In this document: positions 13,101 to 23,900 of the stretch, one piece after another
How the letters are laid out: the number at the start of each line of letters is the position of its first letter
Numbering within the stretch: the first letter of the stretch is position 1
Assembly (NCBI GenBank): GCA_964658305.1
Contig: OZ210885.1
Coordinates: forward strand, 3,162,001-3,226,000
Origin: Leptogorgia sarmentosa
Taxonomy: Eukaryota
Length of the DNA stretch: 64,000 nucleotides
Direction of reading: 5' to 3'
Position numbers and translations under genes: made by a program
The notes under the pieces: generated by a model
Told to the model about the DNA's origin: nothing
Database searches by the model: none
The model's input: the letters and a program-made list of their open reading frames with translations, nothing else

Positions 13101-16091
13101 GCAAACTGCACAAATGCTGACGGTTCATACAAATGTAAATGCTCTCAAGGTTACCGAGGAAATGGACAGAATTGTACAGGTAAATATCAGGACAACTTTT
13201 GTTTTGTTGAAGGGCGCTTCAGATAAAATTTGGGCCCAGGAGAAAGTAAACTTGGGGAATGTGAAGTGTGAAGTTTCGGCACAAACTTAATGCTGCCGGT
13301 CTACAAACGTTTTGGAATTGTACTACGCAATCATTTGCAGTATCAGTGGCATTGTGATAATTATATTGCCATCGTGTAGATAACGGATAGCAACATCAAC
13401 AACTAACAAAAGTTCTAGTCTGTACTACTTAAATGATATAAACAGATTTGACGTTCGAGCAAAGGTCCACTGTCGGAAGTAATTACAGTCTAAAGGGGGG
13501 GGGGGGGTACAGTCTAAAGGGAAGGGGGGGGTGTTCAAGGTAAAGAATTTAATTACGTGCACGTTATCCACAATAGTTTTGCCAATGAGCCTTCAATAAG
13601 TATAAGTAACATCATAAGTAACATCAATGGTCACAAACGTTTATTTATCTTCTATCTTCTAGTATTTTTTACTGTTACTTCGTTCATTAAAATTTATTTC
13701 TCCTTTCTGGGGCCTTTTTTCCCCATTGAAGGCTCTGTTTAACAATTTAACTTCACACATTTTGTTTCACTTCGTCATTTGCTGCCAGAAATTTGTGAAA
13801 CAGAGAAAAATCAATTTGGACGTTACTATTATTTTTTAATTTTTCAGACATTGACGAATGTTCTGAAGGCAGCCATGGCTGTCACGCTGACGCAACCTGT
13901 GTCAACACTCCAGGATCATACAATTGCACATGTCCCAGTGGGGCATATATTGGCAGAAACAAATATTGCCAGAATCTCAAAGGTGATTTATTGTTTAGTG
14001 AGATTATTCAAGTTTCTTCGGTCAATGGTTATAAGCTAGAGTCTGGAGATGTGTTTCCATGTCTGGAAGGAACGTTAAATTCCTTTATCGTTAAATCATA
14101 GTTTAATAATAATAATGACAATAATATATTAAATTTATATTCCCTCAGTCGTGTCAGCGATATTGAAAAATGAACCAAACGAATTCGAGAATAAGTTGAG
14201 AGAATGGTTGCCAAGAACAGGAAATTGGAGAGTTTGTTGGCGAGCAACACGAGATCGTTGGGCTGCGAGTACATTCCATTCAAATTGTGATGGAAAATTA
14301 CCGACCTTAACTATTGTTCAAGTCAACAAAAACAGCAAAAAGTTTGTTTTCGGTGGTTATGCTACAGTATCATGGAAGCAGGGTATCTACCACAGCACCT
14401 GTAAGTTTGAAATGATTACAGTTATAAGAGTTATTATTTTAATCATGCATGTATCAGGTTCTTCTCTTCGCTCCATCTTAACTGACTCTTACTTTTATTA
14501 ATTGGATTTGTTACCTGCATGGTCCGGCAATGACTACAATTATTGTGATACAAACATTTGTTGATCAAATTGGACAAAAACACGATAAAAATCTGCAAAC
14601 TTTTGACTCAGGCTTCAAGGTGGAAAATCTGAATGCGTAATCATGCGTTTTGACATTTTGTTTAAATCCTGGCGGTATATACATAAATGCAGCCGTTGAA
14701 CAAAGACCTCAACGGGTAGTACCCAATATTTCTCAATTGAGAACACGGGTAATGCCCACGCTGGACTATCGCCTAAGCTTGCTGGTCGGCGTTTCAGTAT
14801 TACTCTTGATATAGTTATATAGTGTTAGATATAAACCATTTTTCTATATACTAAGAATTTCCTTAATCCCAACCCAAACCCTAGAATCCTAACCCTGACC
14901 ATTGTGGTCATAAAAATATTGAGAAAAAAAAGTTTTCATCACCAACGCTGAAAAAATGTGTCGTACTGGGGTTTGAACTATAGAACTGCAACGCACGCAC
15001 CGCGTGCCTTACCACTTGAGCTAAATCGAGCTCGCTGCTCAACACTCTGGCCTGGATAAATGCATATGATTATAGACCCGGGCAATCACTGTTCATAACT
15101 TACCTGGCCAGGCTACTTAGACGATAGTCCAGCGTGGGCATTACCCATGTTCTCAATTGAGAAATATCGGGTACTACCCGTTGAGGTCTTTGTTTAACGG
15201 GTGATCAATGATAGTGCCATGTAGAATAAAATAAATTGCCAGACTGCCATTATATACCACGATACCGTTCTGTCTTTTAAACATTATGTAGATGTCCAGT
15301 TAAATTTTCAATATAATATGAACCACCAGACTTTTTAACTTTGGTTTACAGGGACTTTTCACAATTTCAATTTTATGCCTGAATGAGATAGCAGGGAGGG
15401 GCTTCGTATAAAAGGAGTGCCATCTGAAATGGGATTCGAGTAATTAAATACGCGTATAATTAGTAGGTGGTTTTCCACCAATGTGTTCATGTTTAGCCTA
15501 CGTGGCACAATGTTAATTTAACTCTTTATACTGGACCGGTGTTAATTTAACAATTTATACACCAAATTTACTCATTATGGAGAGAAAATTAAATCTTCAT
15601 TCAGGAGTTACGGTCGTTTTATTTCTCCCATCCACACTGGCACCGCCCGCTCGAAAATTTCTGAATTGCTTTGAAACTGATGATCTTTATCACGACAAAA
15701 ATACCCGATTACTAAGAGACAGAGCAGTAATCATATCTGACCCAGGATTGTTGTGTTTATTTTGACAGATGCTCATTGGTCATCTGCTCCAGGATCATTT
15801 TTGTTTTCTCTGCGCAATAACGATGACCTTCCACCATTCAAGGCTCCGATGAAAAACAAGAATTACGTGCGTGCAATTTACCGTCACAATGGATATGGAC
15901 CAACATTTGGTGGTGGTCACGACTTGCACATTGCCAACGATGCGAAATCAAACACCAACTCCTACACGAGGTTTGGTCGCACCTACCAAGCTCCATCTGG
16001 ATACACTTACGACCAACCCATGACACAATCCCTCCTGGCAGGAAGCTATACCTTCACTCCATCAGAAGTCGAAGTCTTGTATCTAAATTAA
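10134..16091 (+). CDS. Copy 2: secreted PAN/apple-like + 3 cbEGF + TLDc protein, about 433 aa, intact
   Basis: Exons 10134-10245 ([18 protein letters not shown] signal-peptide-like), 11713-11936, 12043-12052, 12552-12674, 13057-13179, 13848-13982, 14149-14400, 15769-16091. All introns are GT-AG, phases are compatible, and the total is 1302 nt with no internal stop seen. Confidence 0.88.
10657..10855. repeat. CGGTTT-rich repeat in intron 1, probably a transposon subterminal fragment
   Basis: Multiple (T)CGGTTT motifs; homologous blocks at about 21508-21700, 33025-33220 and 55813-56010. No intact termini were recognised. Confidence 0.4.
14690..15203. mobile_element. 514-bp non-autonomous TIR element (about 90-bp imperfect TIRs, 7-bp TSD) in the last intron of copy 2
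   Basis: CAGCCGTTGAACAAAGACCTCAACGGGTAGTACCC... versus ...GGGTACTACCCGTTGAGGTCTTTGTTTAACGGGTG. Flanks are ATAAATG and ATCAATG. Copy 1 has the empty site (acataaatgatagtgcc). Confidence 0.9.
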
Positions 16092-19000
16092 AAACGTGCT
16101 TCAACAATGCCATAAGGTAAATAATTTTAACAAAAAGCAGGATATACGTAACTGATTTGAGAAATGCCTACTCCCACCTAAACTCCATGAGTACAAAACA
16201 CACCTCAAACAATTTTATAATTTAGGGAACTTTATATGTTTAGGGAACATAAAATTTCCGTGTCTAAAAATTGACAAGCCTTAGCAATCTATAAAGACTT
16301 CTTCCTAAAATACATAACAGCCCTAGACGTTTATTGCATCATTAATTTTACAGTAATTTTTTATAGAAAAGTAGATAAAGTTTATTTTGCTGTTGTAGCT
16401 ATATCCAGCCACATTATGATGACAGATAGAATGGAATTCGTCCATGAAATATTGTAGAAATGCCTCAACAGTCAACATAACCAAAGAAAGGCAATAATTA
16501 ACTAGACAAACACTCATACACTCGCCCAAATAGACAAACACTATTTGACAGTATTATTAAACATTGTATAATTATGGGTTAATTTGTTAAATAAAAATTT
16601 GGGAAAATCATAGTTGTTTAAATATGTATCAAGAATTGTTTTACAATAAACTGTACAACCAAACATGATCTACAAAAAAGTCCGTAAACTCGAAACCGAG
16701 GGTGAATCGCAAATGAACAAAAAGGACATCGTGCTGTAAGATGACATGTTTTTGAGGTATGTTTGATTTTTTAATTGCATTTAAATTTTTTATTTTTGTG
16801 CAAGGAATTAGAATTCAATACGAGTTTTTTTAAGCCCCAGGTTTGAATAGTGCTTTTTTATATCATTTGTATCGTGAACATTTTTTTTAAATATCAAGCG
16901 GGGTTCCATTTATTAATTAAATAATTATTGCTCAATTTGAATGAATCCGAAAACCCACCAAAGATGCAATTAGTTTAAGAACCTTTTTACGGCATTTCTT
17001 CGAAAAATGTAACAGAATGTCGATCGTTTCTGCTCGAATAGACTAGCATGCATACATCGTTTATCTATGTTTAGGTTTTGAAAAAGAACCTCGGAAAAAT
17101 TGCATTCTTGCAGGTATTTATTTCCTTGGTTTGGAACAACCCCGAAAAATTTGAACAAACTGAAATTAAGTCATAATGCATCAGAATTCTAGGACTAGAA
17201 GACTGGCTTTTTCAGTCGAAAGATATTCTTTAGCCTCGATCGGAAATGCTTTTTTTCATTATTCTCTCTAGCTATAAGAAACGGGCAGGGGTGGGGGTCA
17301 TATATTTGGCAAGTTTAAGAATTTGTTTTACATTTTCGACTCAGGAAACGATGAAGGCGAGGCATAATTCGCTGCGAGACAACATTTTGGTTCATTGCGA
17401 TACTTTAAGAGACACGTTGCCGCATTCAGGGGACCTGCAAAAGGGGGGGGGGGGCATCCAGCAGATCATACACAGTTATCCTGCGCATACAAATATGTCC
17501 AAACCTATTTCATGCATATGAGCCGGGAGATGTTATCAACTTAGAAATAACGAATGATGCACCTTAATATTCAGATAAAACAGCCTAATGTTAGTATATA
17601 GTTCATCAAAGCAATATCTTCAGAGGTTTTTGGGATTGGGAATTCAATGGTGATTAGGATATGACTAGGCGTACTCGATATTCGTCTTCACCCGCTTTCT
17701 TAAATGGTTTTCAAGGAATTTAAGACATGTTTTGAATAAAACGCTCCCTGACCGCATTAACCGCTGGGCGCCCTGATGGGGCCAATGAATTATTGGGGCC
17801 CAAACATCTTCGGTGGTCAGTTACAAATTCATAAATTTCATTCTCCTGCGCACATTATCCGGGGGGGGGGGGGGGGAGGGGGCTGGGAGTGTGGAGATCC
17901 TGCCGGCTGCCGTCTAACGTATTTTGTCCTACTTGTGTCGCTTTCATTTTAATCATAATATCCTTGAATCGCAAGGGTTATAATTATAAGGTTTAACGCG
18001 TTTACAGTAGGAAATTTAATAGGTATCGGTCGCTGCATTTCCTTAGATCACGTACTTTCACCATTTTTAACAGAGGAACTATCAGGGGACGCAGAATATC
18101 AAAAATTAGGGGGGGTGGCAAATATTCATATATTCGAAATATTTTGAAATCATCTGTTTTCAATGTCTGTGAACAACAATGTATGAATAACCCCCGCCCC
18201 AATTATCGATTTTCCGCTGCCCCCAGGAACTCTTATCGAGCCAACTATAATTTTCTCAAATTATTGTTTCGCAGTACATAAAACCGAGGTTTGCAAACTC
18301 TTTTCAATGAGGAAGAAGGAATCATGATATTTATGGTTCATTGCATGGATGCGGTGCTTTCTATTGATAGGTGGTGCGTGCAGGTTCAGTTTGCTATTCA
18401 AAATCATGAAAGAAAAAGCGAGGGGGGGAGGGGGTTATCTGCTTTTCTGTATAATGTAGACTTTTCAGCCTAATAAGTAAGTGTAAGGCTTTTAAGTTAA
18501 AACGCTTGACTGCCAAATTTGAGCTTAACTTTTCAATTTTTTAAGAACTTTCCAGTTGAAGAAGTCAATTAAGCTTGTTGCTATGTTGAAAAATATTTGC
18601 AGAGGTAGTTAATCATGCTTCGTCGTAAGCAATATAGCTGCACCTGCCACAATTAAGACGCTCGTAATAAAGACTTGTGTTAACTTAACTCCGAGTTACA
18701 CGGTCAGTTGACAATTGCCAACGAAAAAAAATACGCTGGCTGTTAATCGACATGCATTTTGTTTTCGTGCCTGATCTCAAACATTTTTTTAATTTGTTCC
18801 ATTTATAACCCGGCATGGTTCTCATTATTTTGATCTAGTCCTGCACGTATTTCTCAACAGACACCTTACTGGAATACATGAATATCAACATATAATTTTG
18901 GATTTCCTCATTGTTATCGTGTTTTGTCATTGTTGTCATATTTGAAATCATTTGTTTTCAATGTCTGTTAACACCAATGTATGAATCCCCTCCCCCCATT

Positions 19001-20888
19001 AATCGATTTTCCACTGCCCCCGGGGTCTCTTATAGAGCCAACCCTAATTTTTCAAAAATTATTGGTTCGCTGCACACTACATAAAACCGGGATTTGCAAA
19101 CTCTTTTTAATGAGGAAGAAGGAATCATGATATTTATGGTGCAGGTTTAGTTTGCTATTCAAAATCATGAAAGAAAAAGCGGGGGAGGGGTTATCTGGTT
19201 TTCTGTATAATGTAGACTTTTCAGCCTAATAAGTAAGTGTAGGGCTTTTAAGTTAAAACGCTTGACTGCCAAATTTGAGCTTAACTTTCCAATTTTTTAT
19301 GAACTTTCCAGTTGAAGAAGTCAATTAAGCTTGTTGCTATGTTGAAAAATATTTGCAGAGGTAGTTAAGCATGCCTCGTCGTAAGCAATATAGCTGCACC
19401 TGCCACAATTAAGACGCTCGTAATAAAGACTTGTGTTAACTTAACTCCGAGTTACACGGTCAGTTGACAATTGCCAACGAAAAAAAATACGCTGGTTTTT
19501 AATCGACATGCATTTTGTTTTCCTGTCTGATCTCAAACTTTTTTTAATTTGTTCCATTTATAAGCATGGTTCTCATTATTTTGATCTACTAGTCCTGCAC
19601 GTATTTCTCAACAGACACCTTACTGGAATAAATGAATATAAACGTATAATTTTGGATTTCCTCATTGTCATTGTGTTTATATTTAATGGGGCAAAAATTG
19701 CATGTTTTTATTATTTGAATAAAAGTATGTGTGGGTTGAAACCGGCGTTTCTGTGCTGCGATGTTAGTAATTATTGAAAAGTCGCCTCTGTGTCTGACAA
19801 ACATCGGCCTTCTATGACCTCTTAGCCTGGGACATGCCGCGGGAATGGATTTCGCACGAAATGTAAACATTTAAAAGTATTTTTGAGTTGATGGACGGAA
19901 ACTTTGGCAAGTTTTGTATTGCTGTTCAAAATTTCAGAACATTTGGTTCAGTTTAAGCCTTTCAGAACGTCACGCAAACTATTGTTTTTGGTCAGCTTTC
20001 TGCATACCTAATTAGACGTGAATTGCATGTTTGTAATCACTTGACTTTTTGCCCAAATGACGAGCAATTGAACAACTTGTGTACAATTTTTCTCAGTATC
20101 TAAGTACTTGTAGCAAGATAAAATGACGGTAACACATTCTCTCCAAGACTTAAAATCTCTCTAAATCTTAAAATGTCTCCAATGGTTCGATTCTCGTCCT
20201 ACTTGCCCGTCAACTGGAATTCCAAGTTTACGCCATTGCAAACAACCAATCAAGCATGCGAAAAGCTAATTATGCGAAAAACGCGCGACGTCTTGAAAGG
20301 CTTAAAATCAATAATTTTTTTTGAAATTTCCACCGGCAATGATGCAATAGTCGGTAAAGTTTTGTAAAAATGACTTGTAAGCGTTTAAATTTTGTGCGTT
20401 AGCCATTTCTTTTCTTTTCTGTTGGAAAAGACGCCCCCCTGAACTTTCAAAGTTTAATTAAAATTTTTTTTCGCTTATTACATATCATAAGCAACCAAAC
20501 AATGTAGCTATATAAAGCAAAAACTCCGTCCGCCGAGCCCGAGTCGAATTTGAGAGCAATTTCAAAATTATTTGTTCAGTTTTTCATACATCATGATACA
20601 TGCATCCCAGATTAAATACATTTATACCATTTTCCTTCGTTCCACGATGTAGAACGAGAGACAAATGAATTTTACAAAATACAGTCGAAACTATTCAGAT
20701 GGAATAAAACATCTTCATCACCGAGACGCGCGAGGACTCTTCCAAACTCCTTAACTCAATCATGCAGTTTACACAAAGCACTTCAGGTCAAGAAGCCCGC
20801 GCAGACATTTAATATCGCGACACTCATATCGAAGAATCTAGTAGCATAGCAATTTCAGACGTCGCAATTTTATGCTGTGTTCCAAGAG

Positions 20889-20895
20889 TATAAAA
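20889..20895 (+). promoter_or_regulatory. TATA box of copy 3
   Basis: TATAAAA at the position homologous to copy 2, upstream of ATG 20983. Confidence 0.6.
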
Positions 20896-20982
20896 GTAGC
20901 CCCGCATACTACGATTTCATTCAGACAATTCAGACCGAAAAGCCTTGCCGAATCAACCTTTGGAATTCATCAATTTTAAAGA

Positions 20983-23900
20983 ATGAATTTTCTGGCATTG
21001 TTAATGGTGATGTTTCCGATGTCCATTGCACTGAAACCTGTTTCCAAAGACGGAAAGACATGTTCTTGGAGACATTTCAAGAACGCCAGCTTGGGAAACT
21101 ATTTTTTATATTAATTTGGGTTACAATTTTCATGTACACTCCACTTCGAGTTGAGCTGGCGCGTCATATCTTAACAGCCAAATTGTATTTGTATATAGCA
21201 TGCATAGGCATATAGCCTATTTCAGTTTAAACTCACTGATATATAATTTATCATGATATGCGTGAATAACCGTCTAGATCGTTATCCGTTAGTTATGCTT
21301 GCCTCTACAGGCACTGCAGTTTAATGTTTGCATGCTGGAACCACATAAATTTTTGTTTCATGTGAAAGGCATATCATTTTTTATCCATGCACCTGCGATC
21401 GGTTGTACAAAGCGAGCTGAGGTCAGTAAGGTGCTGGCTCAATTGCTAGGGACCTAAGTTTTTCAATTCCATCATTCAAGGCCATATCCTGGCTGTAATT
21501 TAATTTTTGGGATTTTCGGTTTTGCGGATTTGGTCAATTTTAGGACGATTTTTCGATTTTTGTGTCAAATAACTGCGGTTTTTCGGTTTCGGTAATTCTC
21601 CCGCGGTTTACGGTTTTTAAAGGTTTTAGCAGTCGGTTTTCGGTTTTCAATTGAAATACTCATGACCTTTCGGATTTGGTCTGGAATGTAATTTTCGGTT
21701 TCCCAGAGTTCTACCAGTCTGTTTACTTGGAAACTTCATAGAAAACTATTAATGATCTATAAAGAAAATTTTTGAAGAAACATTTCTAAATTTTAAAGCA
21801 AATTGTTGGAGAATTTGCTCCGAAATTAAAGTTGACCCAGGGTTAAACTAACCGGCTTTTGAACAAAATCGGCCCCTGATTGCAAACAGATAGGGGCGGC
21901 TAAGTCACATGGCATCAGTGCAATTGTATTGAAAATTGATTCAGGCTAAACAGCTATATATATCTAAACATCACAGAGAGGAGACAAACGAACGTTGTAT
22001 TAATTATTCTTATATCGAATCGTTTTTTTAGTTGCGCTACTATTTAACGTGTTGAACAAATTGTGTAATGTGTGTTAGTTACCTTTAGTTTTAGTACAGT
22101 TTTTTGCCACTATTTCGAACTCGCACGACTGATGAACATTGAATATAGTTTGAAATAAAACATCTGTCATTACTATTCCGCGCTATTCAACTGAAATCAT
22201 CGAAGTTCCAAACTCCTGAAGCCTCTCAGGCGCGCTAAGTCACCCCCCCCCCCCCCCCCCCCCGTAGGTCCAAGAATTGAAATCCAGATCTACAAAGGCC
22301 TAAACTCAAGATTGGCGCTTCCAGCAAACCGCTAACCGAAAGGGGCCAACTTCAAATCGTATTTTAAAGTAAGTTCTTCGGCAGGAAAGTGGATTATTCA
22401 CGCTTAAATTTTCATTTACAAACCACCCCAACTTCGGACAACGAACGTTTGCGGTTAACGTCAATCTAAAGTGCCTAATGTCAGTTTCACACTTTGTGTT
22501 TGTGTTCTTCGACAGGAAACCAAGCACTTCGTCCATCAAACTTGATCTCAAGTCACAACGTTGATCTTTTGGTAGAATGTCATCTTCATTGTGTAAATGC
22601 AGGCAATTGCTACGGTTATAACTTCAGAGTCAGACCTAGCAGTATTTATACAACCAACTGCCAGTTGAGTAACAGCTTCGTGAAAATGAACATGACCAAG
22701 ATGAGGAATGGACCTTGGAATTTCTACGAGGATGTTTTGGTAAGAATAATATAACCAGCAAATGATCCTATATTCCACGAAAATTCGGGCCTCATTGAAC
22801 TCATCGCTGTACAATTCTCTTACCGTAAATTTTGTCACCCTATAGGTTACCAAAGGTAAGCGAAAATTATGAATTAATGCAGAGTCGTTCAATACAGGTA
22901 AACGCATAAATAAATACATGCATAAACTTTCTACGTATATATTGAAAGATGAGACAAGATTCAACTTTTCAAGCAAAGGATCTTCTTGGGAGGATAGTTG
23001 TCAATGCTAAGTTGAATTTTGTTTTATCGTTTACATAGTTGACGGAAAATTGATGTACTATAATTTGCTACTGTTCGTTACCTATACTGGTCACATACGT
23101 ATATCAAAATTATTCTGTAGCTAAATGTCGGCCGAGGTTACAAGTCCTTATTATGAGAATATTCAACATTCCTACTAAACCAAACATTTTAGGAAACAAT
23201 TTTTGTATTGCTAAAGGATATATTGCATATATTGGTAATGAGGGGGCGGTGCCCCCATCCCAAGTTCAGCTTCAGCCCCCTCCCCCCCCCCCACCCACCC
23301 TCCACCCCCACAAAAAGAAATCCTGGTAAAAATCACGATATTTTAATTATTTCAGACATTGACGAATGTGCTCAGGATAGTCGCACATGTCATCCCAATG
23401 CAACATGTATCAACACTCCAGGTTCTTACGACTGTCAGTGTAGAAGTGGATACACTGGAAATGGCCGCACTTGCGCAGGTATTGCTCATGATGCTTGTCA
23501 TAAAAATGTAACCAGTTGCAATACTTATTTATTTATTAACTTTGCCAGATTTGAACAACGTTAACTCAAAAACTGGCAGGGCCATCGCAACAGCTTGCGC
23601 CAATTACTGCGATCCCTAAATGTTAGACAAATACACTATATACGTACATAGAAAGAATTAATTACTAACGAACTATCAGATGCAACTTTTCACATTGCGA
23701 CCCGCAGAACCACTTCCATTTAGGAAGCAGTCTGGATTAGAAGACGTTCAAACCTTCACGATCCTAAACCTATTGCAACGTTTACAAATAATCCAAGTTA
23801 CTTTCAGACAATCAGACCACATTGACTTGAATTGCTCCAGTTTTCGTTATCATGTTATAGATATTGACGAATGTCTGGACAAGTCCAATCATTGCCACTC

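Noticed and set aside
14959..15032. Functional tRNA gene
   Set aside because: Only A/B-box-like motifs are present. I could not fold a convincing acceptor or anticodon stem, and it sits inside a TIR element.
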